From positions 1,056,001 through 1,120,000 of the forward strand of contig CBDATQ010000002.1 in assembly GCA_965199955.1 (NCBI GenBank): DNA of 64,000 bases, written 5' to 3'. Under the pieces are notes generated by a model. That model saw only the letters and a list, made by a program, of their open reading frames with translations. It was not told where the DNA came from and searched no databases. Shown here one piece after another: positions 54,394 through 63,308 of this stretch (position 1 is its first letter; the number at the start of each line of letters is the position of its first letter). A program made the translations under genes and the position numbers. The DNA is from Spirochaetia bacterium. Its GTDB lineage: Bacteria; Spirochaetota; Spirochaetia; SZUA-6; Bin103.

Positions 54394-57108
54394 ATGGCTG
54401 ACGATTCCCCCCGCTGGGTCCATCGAGGGTTCGATGCCTTCCGGCAAGGCGAGTTCGACAACGGCGGCGACAACCTGTACGTGACCGCCGCCGGCGCCGT
54501 CGAGTGGATCCATCGCACCGACACGAACGGCGACGGCCACGTCGACCTGGTGTTCCCGAACTCGCACGGATACGACGAGCGCGGGCCGACCTGGATCTAC
54601 ACGCAGCCGCATGCTCCAGGCGGGGAATGGGGCAGGCGGGAGCTCCCCAACGACAGTGGCTGGATGAGCCGGGCGGTCGACGTGGACGGCGACGGCCACC
54701 TGGACCTGGTGGTCATCAACGCCGAGAACGGCGTCACCTCCGAGCTTTCGTCCTACGTCTACTGGGGCGGCCCCGGCGGCCTGACCGGCGAGCGCGTCGA
54801 GCTGCCCACCGCCGGTGCCTACGACTTCGCCGCAGCCGACCTGACTGGCAACGGATTGCCCGACCTGATCATCCCTTCGGCATGGGTGGACCACCACAAC
54901 GCCGGCGAGCCGCGGCCGCTGCACGTCTTTCAGCAAACGCGCCCGCGCGTGTTCGAGGACGCCAGCGAGCGGTTCGGCATCCCCGGCGTCGCCGCCTTGG
55001 CGGTCGCCTGCGCGGACCTGGACGGCGACGGCGAGCTGGAGCTGGTGGTGGCCAACTACCGCGAGGGGTTCGAGTACGACACCGACTCCTTCATCTACCG
55101 CCGGCAGGGCGTCGGATTCGTCTTGGATCGCCCGCTGCGCCTGCCTACCCACTACGCGATGCAGGTGGAGTTGGCCGATCTGGACGGTGACGGCGCCAGG
55201 GAGGTGATCTTCGCCGGCGGCAACCAGGTGCAGATCTACTGGAACCGCGGCGGACGCTTCTCCCCGGACGACCGGACGATCCTGCCGGTCGAAGGCAACT
55301 GGACGCTGTTCACGCAAGGTGCGGTGCGGGTGGCATGTGCCGACGTCGATGGCGACGGCCGCGACGAGTTGCTCGTCGTGACTCGCGAGGGCGTGCAGAT
55401 CCGGTCGGCCGACGCGCTCGACCGGGTGAGGCAGACGCTGCCGCTGCCGAATTGCAGTTGGCTGTCCGCCGCCGACCTGGACGGGGACGGGCGCATGGAC
55501 CTGATCGCCTCGCGCCTCGAGGACGGACGCTCGTACGAGACGGAGTCGGTCGTGTTCTGGAACGGCCCGGAGGGACTTTCCAAGAGCCGGGTCACCACGT
55601 TGCCCACCAGGGGCGCGATGGGATGCACGGCAGCCGACCTGGACGGCGACGGCCGGCCGGAGATCGTGTTCAACAACACGATGGCCGGTCCGTCGCAGAA
55701 CGATCCCGACTTCCCGCTGTACGTCTACCCGGGCGGCCCCGGCGGCAGCTTCGACCCGCGGCGGCGGCTGGAGCTGCCGGCGGGGGGCACCAACACCTAC
55801 GTCCTGGCCGACCTCGACCAGGACGGCCATGCCGACCTGGTGTGCACGGGGCGAGACGGCCTTCGCGTGTTCCACGGCGGCCGGGACGGCCTGCATCCCG
55901 ACCGCTGCACGTTCCTTCCCGGCCGCGGGCAGTTCTTCCACTACGTGCAGGTGGGCGACTTCGACCGCGACGGCTGGCTGGACCTGCTAGGTGTGGCCTA
56001 CACCTACGACGACAAGCCGGAGACGATGGCGGCCTCCTCGGTGATCTACCACGGGTCGTCCGACGGCTTCTCCGCCGAGCGCTCCACCGTGCTTCCCACC
56101 TACTGCAAGGGCAACGCCCGCGTGGCCGACCTGACCGGCGACGGGTGGCTGGACGTGGTGTTCTACAACCCGAGCGGACATCTGGCCGTCTACCACGGCG
56201 GACCGCGCGACTTCTCCACCGAGCGGATGAGCCGTATCGAGCTGGACCTGGGCGGAGACGGCAACGTCGCGGCGATCAACTGCGCCGACCTGACCGGCAA
56301 CGGCTGGCTGGATCTGATCGTGGTCGTCATGGGCCACTACACGCGCATGGAGTCGGGGTTCCACATCCTGCACGGCGGACCCGACGGCTACGCGCAGGAG
56401 CGAAGCGAGTACCACCGCACGGACGCGTCCAGCATCCTGCTGACCGTCGCGGACGTGAACGGCGACGGCCACCTCGACCTGCTGGTGCCGGCCTACTCGA
56501 CCCAGTTCAGCCGCGTGCTGCCGGCGCACATCTACTGGGGCGCGCCGGACGGCATCGACTACGAGCATCCGACGGTGATCCCGTGCGACTCGTCCTGCGC
56601 CTTCCAGGTGGTCGACATGACCGGCAACGGCTACCGCGACGTGTTGACCGTGTGCCACCGCACCGACCTGGGCCACCGGGTCGACTCGCTGCTGTTCCAC
56701 AACGGGCCTGACGGTCTCGATCTGGACCACCCGGTGAGGCTGCCGGGGATGGGTCCGCACCTGAGCACGCCGCGCGACTTCGGCAACGCATTCACGCGTG
56801 AGCCGTGCGAGCGCTACCGCTCGCCGCCGTACGAGCTGGCCGGCAGGCGCCCGGTGCGGGTGGACTGGATCGCGGACGCGCCGCCGCGCACGTCGGTCGA
56901 GCTGCAACTCCGGTGGGCTGTTTCGCGCGAGGAGCTGGCCACGGCGCCGTGGCAGGGCGCGGACGGCGCAGGCACGACCTTCGCCCAACCCGGCCGCGTG
57001 GTGGGGTTCGCCGGCCCGCAGCGCTGGCTTCAGTACCAGGCGACGCTGACCTCGCTCGACGGCTGCAGCACGCCGTCGCTGCGCGAGGTGAGCGCCGAGT
57101 TCGCTTAA
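54394..57108 (+). CDS. FG-GAP/VCBS repeat protein
   Basis: More than ten D.DGDG..D[LE] motifs; C-terminal RWLQYQATL beta-sandwich. Confidence 0.88.
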   Translation: MADDSPRWVHRGFDAFRQGEFDNGGDNLYVTAAGAVEWIHRTDTNGDGHVDLVFPNSHGYDERGPTWIYTQPHAPGGEWGRRELPNDSGWMSRAVDVDGDGHLDLVVINAENGVTSELSSYVYWGGPGGLTGERVELPTAGAYDFAAADLTGNGLPDLIIPSAWVDHHNAGEPRPLHVFQQTRPRVFEDASERFGIPGVAALAVACADLDGDGELELVVANYREGFEYDTDSFIYRRQGVGFVLDRPLRLPTHYAMQVELADLDGDGAREVIFAGGNQVQIYWNRGGRFSPDDRTILPVEGNWTLFTQGAVRVACADVDGDGRDELLVVTREGVQIRSADALDRVRQTLPLPNCSWLSAADLDGDGRMDLIASRLEDGRSYETESVVFWNGPEGLSKSRVTTLPTRGAMGCTAADLDGDGRPEIVFNNTMAGPSQNDPDFPLYVYPGGPGGSFDPRRRLELPAGGTNTYVLADLDQDGHADLVCTGRDGLRVFHGGRDGLHPDRCTFLPGRGQFFHYVQVGDFDRDGWLDLLGVAYTYDDKPETMAASSVIYHGSSDGFSAERSTVLPTYCKGNARVADLTGDGWLDVVFYNPSGHLAVYHGGPRDFSTERMSRIELDLGGDGNVAAINCADLTGNGWLDLIVVVMGHYTRMESGFHILHGGPDGYAQERSEYHRTDASSILLTVADVNGDGHLDLLVPAYSTQFSRVLPAHIYWGAPDGIDYEHPTVIPCDSSCAFQVVDMTGNGYRDVLTVCHRTDLGHRVDSLLFHNGPDGLDLDHPVRLPGMGPHLSTPRDFGNAFTREPCERYRSPPYELAGRRPVRVDWIADAPPRTSVELQLRWAVSREELATAPWQGADGAGTTFAQPGRVVGFAGPQRWLQYQATLTSLDGCSTPSLREVSAEFA

Positions 57109-57124
57109 GGCGTACACTCGCCGC

Positions 57125-58933
57125 ATGGCAGAGCAGACGCTGGTCGATGAACGGCAGTACGTCGCGGCGGGCACGGTCGAGTCCGTGCGCGCCAGGGGGG
57201 GCGTCCTGGTCGAGGGCGACGGGGTCACCATCGCCGTGTTCGCCGACGGCGACCGCATCGCCGCGGTGGACAACCGCTGCCCGCACATGGGCTTCCCGCT
57301 GCACCGCGGCTCGCTGCACGACGGCATCCTGACCTGCCACTGGCATCACGCCCGCTTCGACCTCGTCTCGGGCTGCGCGTTCGACCTGTTCGCCGACGAC
57401 GTGCCGTCCTACCAGGTGCGCATCGCCGACGGACAGGTGCTGGTCGCGCGCAGCCCGCGCCAGCGCGCCGACGCGGCGTTCTATTCCGGCCGGCTGCAAC
57501 GCGGGCTCGACATCGGCGTGGGGCTGATCCAGGCCAAGGCGCTGCTCGGCCTGCTCGACGAGGACCGGGACCCGTCCGGCGTGATCGCGACGGTCGCCGA
57601 GTTCGCCACGCGCAGGCTGGCGAGCTGGGGCGAGGGCCTGGTACGCCTGACCTGCGTGGCCAACCTGGCGCCGTACCTGAGCGACGACACGCGCTACCTG
57701 GCGCTGTTCTACGCCACTCGGCAGATCGCCGCCGAGGCGTCGGGAGCGGTGCCGCACCGCCTGCGCGGGGCGCTGGACGGCGACGGCCGCAGGCTCGACG
57801 AGCTGTCCGGCTGGCTTGCGACCTTCGTCGGCGCCCGCCACGCGGACGGGGTCGAGCGCACGTTGGCCACGGCGCTGCGTACCCTGAGTGACCGCGACGC
57901 CGCCGGCCTGCTGTCCGACGCGGCGGCGCAGCGGCTCTACGCCGAGGGCGGGCACCTGCTCGACTCCTGCAACAAGGTGTTCGAGTTGATGGACCACGTG
58001 GGCGCGGACGACGCGGAGACGCACGTGGCGCTCCTGGCCGGCCGCATCGCCGCGGCGCGCGGTGAGGAGGAGGGGAGCGCCTGGCGGCACCCGGTCGACT
58101 TGGTGAGCGCCGCCCGCGACCTGGAGTCGCGGCTCCCGGAGCTGCTGGCGGTGGGCGGGGACGCGGCGCGCGGGAACGGGGCCTCCGAGGCCGCGCAGGC
58201 TCGCGACGTCGCCGGGCGCCTGCTTCCGGTCCTGCTCGGCGATGACGGCCGCGCGGTGGTGGCGGCGACCGGCGACGAGCTGGCCGGCGGAACCGCCCCC
58301 CGCATCCTGTCGGCCGTGGTCGCCTACGCGGCGGGGCTGCGCCTGGCGCGCTTCTCGGCGTCGAACGACGTGGGCGACTGGTTCAGCGCCCAGCACACCT
58401 TCATCTTCGCCAACGCCGTGGACCGCGCGGTGCGGCGCAACCCCGCGTCCCGCACCGTCGCCGCGATCGTCCAGGCCGCGCTGTCCGTGCACGCCGACCG
58501 GTTCCTGAACGTGCCTCCGGCTCGCCTGCCGGGCGAGCGGGACGGCCTGGACGCGCTGCCCGATGGCCACGACGAGCTGATCGAGCGCCTGCTCGACACC
58601 ATGGACCGCCGCAGCACGCCGGGCGACGCGGACGCGCTGACCGCCCGCTACCTGCGCGCCGGCGGCTCCCTGGAGCGGCTGATCGACACGCTGGCCTACG
58701 CGACGGTGCGCGAGGACCTGGACTTCCACAGCCTGCAGGTGCTGGAGGCGGCGGTCGCGCAGGGGCACACCTGGGGCGACGGCCCGGAGCGGGAGCACCT
58801 GATGATCGGCGTCACCCGCAACCTGGCCGCGCAGTGTCCGACCCGGCGGGGCGGTCTGAGCACGGCCCTGATCGCCCGGCGGCTGCACCGCGGCCAGGCG
58901 CTGTACGCGGACGGCAAGGGCGGGAGCGCCTGA
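57125..58933 (+). CDS. Rieske [2Fe-2S] domain protein with a large helical C-terminal region
   Basis: NRCPHMGFPL...TCHWHHARFD; later QHTFIFANAV and EDLDFHSLQ motifs. Confidence 0.85.
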   Translation: MAEQTLVDERQYVAAGTVESVRARGGVLVEGDGVTIAVFADGDRIAAVDNRCPHMGFPLHRGSLHDGILTCHWHHARFDLVSGCAFDLFADDVPSYQVRIADGQVLVARSPRQRADAAFYSGRLQRGLDIGVGLIQAKALLGLLDEDRDPSGVIATVAEFATRRLASWGEGLVRLTCVANLAPYLSDDTRYLALFYATRQIAAEASGAVPHRLRGALDGDGRRLDELSGWLATFVGARHADGVERTLATALRTLSDRDAAGLLSDAAAQRLYAEGGHLLDSCNKVFELMDHVGADDAETHVALLAGRIAAARGEEEGSAWRHPVDLVSAARDLESRLPELLAVGGDAARGNGASEAAQARDVAGRLLPVLLGDDGRAVVAATGDELAGGTAPRILSAVVAYAAGLRLARFSASNDVGDWFSAQHTFIFANAVDRAVRRNPASRTVAAIVQAALSVHADRFLNVPPARLPGERDGLDALPDGHDELIERLLDTMDRRSTPGDADALTARYLRAGGSLERLIDTLAYATVREDLDFHSLQVLEAAVAQGHTWGDGPEREHLMIGVTRNLAAQCPTRRGGLSTALIARRLHRGQALYADGKGGSA

Positions 58934-58944
58934 GGGAGATCGTC

Positions 58945-59166
58945 GTGCTGGATCTCCAGACCTTCGCTCCCGGCGACCCGGCCGGCGCTGCGGCCGTGTT
59001 CCGCCGGGACGGCCTGGTCATCATCCGCGACGCGCTCACGCCGGAGCAGCTCGCGCTCGCGCAGGCCGGAGCGCGCCGCGTGGCGGCCGAGCAGATGGCG
59101 GCGATCCCGTTCGAGCCGGCCCGTGCGCAGAGACTCGCCCGCTTCATCGTCGATGACGACGCGTGA
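58945..59166 (+). pseudogene. PhyH-family dioxygenase with its core deleted
   Basis: AVFRRDGLVIIRDALTPEQL N-terminus joined to RAQRLARFIV tail; no HxD motif; 73 aa; Shine-Dalgarno present. Confidence 0.6.
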
Positions 59167-60506
59167 GGATGCCAGCAGCCCCGAGCGCGGCACCTCCGAA
59201 TATCCTGTTCGTCTTCACCGATCAGCACCGCTGGGACTGGGTGGGGTACGAGGGGCGGGTGCCGGTACGCACCCCCAACCTGGACCGGCTCGCCGCGCGT
59301 GGCGTGGCCTTCAGCGGCTGCCGGGTGGCAAGTCCGATGTGCGCGCCCAGCCGCGCCTGCCTGGCCGCCGGCGTGCGCTACGGCCGTTGCCGCGTCGCCG
59401 ACAACCGCGCAGACGCCGATCCGGCGCTGCCGACCTTCATGCAGTCCCTGCGGGCGGCCGGCTACCGGGTAGCGATGTGCGGCAAGAGCGACCTGCACAA
59501 GCGCTCGCACCTGCACGGCCGCTACGGCTGGTCCAGCTTCCTGGGGCGGATGGGCTTCACCGACACCCTCGATCACGCCGGCCACCGCGACAGCGCCGCC
59601 GTCGCCGGCCGGACCGAGCCGATCGAGCCGTACCTGGCGTTCCTGCACGAGCACGGCTTGGCCGTGACGGTGCTGGAGGACTGGGAGCGGCGGCAGCGCC
59701 ACAACGAGGACGGGAAGGGGATCGCCGCATGGCCCTGCCCGCACGGCCGCTTCTTCCAGATCGACGACTTCACGGGCCGGTCGGCGCTCGGTCTCCTGGA
59801 CCGGCTGCCGGCCGGACAGCCCTGGTTCCTGCAGGTGAACTTCTCCGGCCCGCACCCGTATTTCGACGCCTGCCGTGAGCTGCTGGATCGCTACGACGGT
59901 GTCGCGTTCCCGGAGCCGGCCGACGCAACGCCGTCGCCCCACGACCACCAGGCGATCAGGCGCAGCTACGCGGCCAAGATCGAAGGCATCGACGACTGGG
60001 TCGGCTGGATCCGGGACGCCGTGGAGCGGCGCGGCGAGGCGGACAGCACGCTGTTCGCCTTCTCGGCCGACCACGGCGAGATGCTCGGCGAGCGCGGGCT
60101 CTGGGACAAGGGACAGCCGCACGAGGGCTCCGTGCGCGTGCCGCTGGCGGTGTCCGGCCCGGGCGTCGACGCCGGCCGCTGGAGCGACGCGCCGGTCGAG
60201 ACGATCGATCTGGCCGCCACGTTCGTCGAAGCCGCCGGGGCGGAGCCGCAGTCGGGCTGGGATGCCTGCTCGCTCTGGCCGCTGCTGAGCGGCGGCGACC
60301 GACGCACCCGGCCGGTCGCCGAATCGGCGTTCGGTGACTGGCGCCTGCGAACGGACGGCCGCTGGAAACTCATCGAGCGCGCCGCGGCAGCGCCGGAGCT
60401 CTTCGACCTGTGGAACGATCGCGCCGAGCGTTACGACGTGGCCCACCGACACCCCCGGATCGTCGATCGCCTGAAGAGCACACGGGGTCGGCACCGGTCA
60501 GATTGA
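59163..60506 (+). CDS. Sulfatase
   Basis: PNILFVFTDQHR, TPNLDRLA, CAPSRA, GKSD, SGPHP, SADHGEMLG. Confidence 0.92.
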   Translation: MRMPAAPSAAPPNILFVFTDQHRWDWVGYEGRVPVRTPNLDRLAARGVAFSGCRVASPMCAPSRACLAAGVRYGRCRVADNRADADPALPTFMQSLRAAGYRVAMCGKSDLHKRSHLHGRYGWSSFLGRMGFTDTLDHAGHRDSAAVAGRTEPIEPYLAFLHEHGLAVTVLEDWERRQRHNEDGKGIAAWPCPHGRFFQIDDFTGRSALGLLDRLPAGQPWFLQVNFSGPHPYFDACRELLDRYDGVAFPEPADATPSPHDHQAIRRSYAAKIEGIDDWVGWIRDAVERRGEADSTLFAFSADHGEMLGERGLWDKGQPHEGSVRVPLAVSGPGVDAGRWSDAPVETIDLAATFVEAAGAEPQSGWDACSLWPLLSGGDRRTRPVAESAFGDWRLRTDGRWKLIERAAAAPELFDLWNDRAERYDVAHRHPRIVDRLKSTRGRHRSD

Positions 60507-60689
60507 CATGCCCACCCCAGCGCGACAGGAGCACGCATGAAGAGACTCGGATTGGAGGCACGCGCGTTTCGGTATGCGTGCCCGCGTTCAGTCCCGAGAC
60601 GGCTCATCGCGATGAGTTTTGAGACTTCGGCTTCCGGTACCGTCCGCCATCCGCTACGCATGAGCGGCGTGCGGTAGACTGATCGACCT

Positions 60690-61961
60690 ATGAGCATGAG
60701 CATTACCACCGACCGGCTGGCGATCGACGGCGGCGCGCCGCTGGTGACGGATCTGCCCGAGCGCGGCCTGATCGGCGCGGAGGAACGCGCCGCCGTGCTG
60801 AGGGTCGTCGATCGGGCGATCGCCGCCGGCGGCGCCATCGAGTACGGGGGACCGGAGGAGGAGGCGTACTGCGCCGAGTTCGCGGCGACCCTCGGCGGCG
60901 GCTACGCCGATGCGGTCAACTCCGGCACCGCGGCCCTGTACGTCGCGCTACGGGCGCTCGGCGTGGAGCCGTTCACGGAGGTGGTGGTGCCGGCGATCAC
61001 CGACCCCGGAGGCATCATGCCGGTGCCGCTGCTGGGCTGCATCCCGGTGGTGGCCGATACCGAGCCCGGTTCCTTCAACTGCGGCCCCGAGCAGATCGAG
61101 GACGTCCTCGGTCCTCTGACCAGCGCCATCGTGGTCGCCCACATCGCCGGCGAGCCGGCGCCGATCGAGGCCATCGCCCGCCTGGCCGAGCGCCACGGCG
61201 TGGCGCTGATCGAGGACTGCGCGCAGGCGCACCGCGCCGCCATCGGCGGCGCGCCGGTCGGGAGCTTCGGCACCGTCGCGACCTTCTCGACGATGTGGGG
61301 CAAGCACCACTCGACCGGCGGGCAGGGCGGCGTGCTGTTCACCCGCGACGCGGAGCTGTACCGCACGATCCGCGGCGCCGCCGACCGCGGCAAGCCGTTC
61401 GGGGACACCCTGCCGGCGGGCCGCAACTACCTGGCGTCGCTCAACTTCAACCTGGACGAGCTGAGCGCCGCGATCGGCCGCGCGCAGCTCGTCAAGCTGC
61501 CGGCGGCGGTGGAGTGCCGCCGCGCGTTCGTGCGTGCGCTGGCCGAGCGCCTCTCCGACGTGCCGTCGGTGCAGGTGCCGGAGCTGCCCGACGGCGCCGA
61601 GGCGTCCTGGTGGTTTCTGCGGCTGCGCTACCGGCCCGCGGGAGGCTGGGACAAGGAGCGCTTCTGCGCGGCGGTCGCCGCGGAGGGGGTGCCGGTCAAC
61701 CCCACCTACGCCGCGCTGCCGGCCACCTACACGTGGTACCGCGACCGTCAGGTGTTCGGGCGGCGGAGCGGCTTTCCGTGGACGGCGGCCGAGTACCGGG
61801 GCGACCCGGATCGCGCCTTCGCGTGTCCGAACGCCCACGCCGCGGTTGCCGAGCACTTCACGATTCCGTTGCGCGAGTCGTGGGGCGAAGCGGAGGCGGC
61901 GAAGATCGCGGCGGCGTTCGCCCGTGTCGACCGCGCCGCGCGCCGGGCGGGAAGCGCGTAG
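60690..61961 (+). CDS. DegT/DnrJ/EryC1/StrS family PLP aminotransferase
   Basis: NSGTAAL, IEDCAQAH, FSTMWGKH.STGGQGG. Confidence 0.9.
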   Translation: MSMSITTDRLAIDGGAPLVTDLPERGLIGAEERAAVLRVVDRAIAAGGAIEYGGPEEEAYCAEFAATLGGGYADAVNSGTAALYVALRALGVEPFTEVVVPAITDPGGIMPVPLLGCIPVVADTEPGSFNCGPEQIEDVLGPLTSAIVVAHIAGEPAPIEAIARLAERHGVALIEDCAQAHRAAIGGAPVGSFGTVATFSTMWGKHHSTGGQGGVLFTRDAELYRTIRGAADRGKPFGDTLPAGRNYLASLNFNLDELSAAIGRAQLVKLPAAVECRRAFVRALAERLSDVPSVQVPELPDGAEASWWFLRLRYRPAGGWDKERFCAAVAAEGVPVNPTYAALPATYTWYRDRQVFGRRSGFPWTAAEYRGDPDRAFACPNAHAAVAEHFTIPLRESWGEAEAAKIAAAFARVDRAARRAGSA

Positions 61962-61982
61962 CGCTCACAGCCCGTCAGCGCG

Positions 61983-62117
61983 CTACGCTGGCGGGAACCC
62001 GGGACGGGCCGGAACGCCTTCCCGCGTCTCCGCGACCACTTGGTCGACGACGGCGCGGAGCGCCTCCAGCTCGGTCGCTCCGTCGACGCGGCGGAGCCGG
62101 TGGGCGCCTGCTCCGTA
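61983..62117 (-). pseudogene. C-terminal remnant resembling a YbdK-type carboxylate-amine ligase
   Basis: GAGAHRLRRVDGATELEALRAVVDQVVAETREG...* directly after the oxidoreductase stop. Confidence 0.45.
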
Positions 62118-62119
62118 CT

Positions 62120-63211
62120 TCAGTCGATCGTCGACTGCCGGCGGCACTCTTCCATGATGCGCATCTGCCGCAGCACCTGCTCGGCGGTGACCGGCAGCGG
62201 ACCGCCGTCGCGGATGGCGCCGAACAGCTCCCGGTAGTAACGGGCCTCCCCCTCGGCCTCCGGGGCGCCGGCCGCCTTTGCCTCTGCGAGCGTCCAGCGG
62301 TGCTCGACCCAGTCGACCTGCTCCCGGTTGTAGCTGCGGTCCCCGGTCGGCTCGGTGGATAGGTGGCGCTCCGGCCGGCTGCCGGGGCGCACGCAGCGCC
62401 AGGTCAGCTCGCCGTTGCCGCCCACCAGGCCGCCTTCGGAGCCCATGACGTGGAGCATCGGCTGCTCGTAGGCGCAGGTGGAGGTGATCTCGATGTCTAT
62501 GGTGGGCGCGTTCGCGGCATCCGGGTCCGCGGGGTCAGGGGTAAGGACGACCTTGAGATGGTCCTCCGCGTCGCCGAGGGTCTGCACGCAGTCGCTCACG
62601 TACAGCACGCGCGGCTCGCCCGGGCCGAACAGCGTCAGCGCGGCGTCGATCAGGTGGGCGCCGGTGTTGTTGAGCGACCCGCCGCCGAAGCGCCGCAGGG
62701 TCTGCCAGTCCCAGCGCCGCCCGAAGCCGTGGTTGACCAGTCGCACTTGAACGAGGCGCCCGAGCTCGCCTGCGCCCGCGATGGCGAGCACCTTCTGCAG
62801 CTCGGGACGGAAGCGCCAGTTCTGGAAGACCGACAGCAGCCGGCCGGTGGCGTCGCGGACCGCGACCATGCGCTCGGCCTCCTGGAGCGAGGTGGCCATC
62901 GGCTTCTCGCCGACCACGTGGCGGCCGGACTCCAGCGCGGCGATCGCGTACGTGGCGTGCAGGTGGCTCGGAACCGCGACCACGATCAGCTCGACCTCGG
63001 GGTCGGCCAGCAGGTCGTCGAACTCGACGTGGGAACGGCAGCCGAAGCGCTGCTCGGCCTCGGCGCGGCGCTCGGCCAGGTGGTCCTGGACCGCGACCAC
63101 GGTGAATCGCTCGGGCTGCTCGGCGAGCAGCCGGGCGTGGATGCTCCAGCCGCTGCGGCCCAGGCCGGCGATGGCGGCGCGTACGGGGGAGGTGGACGTG
63201 GAGGTGCTCAT
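62120..63211 (-). CDS. Gfo/Idh/MocA family oxidoreductase
   Basis: AGLGRSG, VPSHLH, EKPMA, FQNWRF, GGGSLNNTGAHLID. Confidence 0.92.
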   Translation of the reverse strand: MSTSTSTSPVRAAIAGLGRSGWSIHARLLAEQPERFTVVAVQDHLAERRAEAEQRFGCRSHVEFDDLLADPEVELIVVAVPSHLHATYAIAALESGRHVVGEKPMATSLQEAERMVAVRDATGRLLSVFQNWRFRPELQKVLAIAGAGELGRLVQVRLVNHGFGRRWDWQTLRRFGGGSLNNTGAHLIDAALTLFGPGEPRVLYVSDCVQTLGDAEDHLKVVLTPDPADPDAANAPTIDIEITSTCAYEQPMLHVMGSEGGLVGGNGELTWRCVRPGSRPERHLSTEPTGDRSYNREQVDWVEHRWTLAEAKAAGAPEAEGEARYYRELFGAIRDGGPLPVTAEQVLRQMRIMEECRRQSTID

Positions 63212-63263
63212 GACGCACGGATCATAGCCTCACCGGGCCGGCGGTGGCAGGCCGGCCGGCCGG

Positions 63264-63292
63264 TTGACCGGCTCCGGGCGCGAACGTAGGGT
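63264..63292 (+). promoter_or_regulatory. Sigma70-type promoter for the ABC permease
   Basis: TTGACC-17 bp-TAGGGT. Confidence 0.5.
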
Positions 63293-63308
63293 CGGCGGCG
63301 AGCACATC

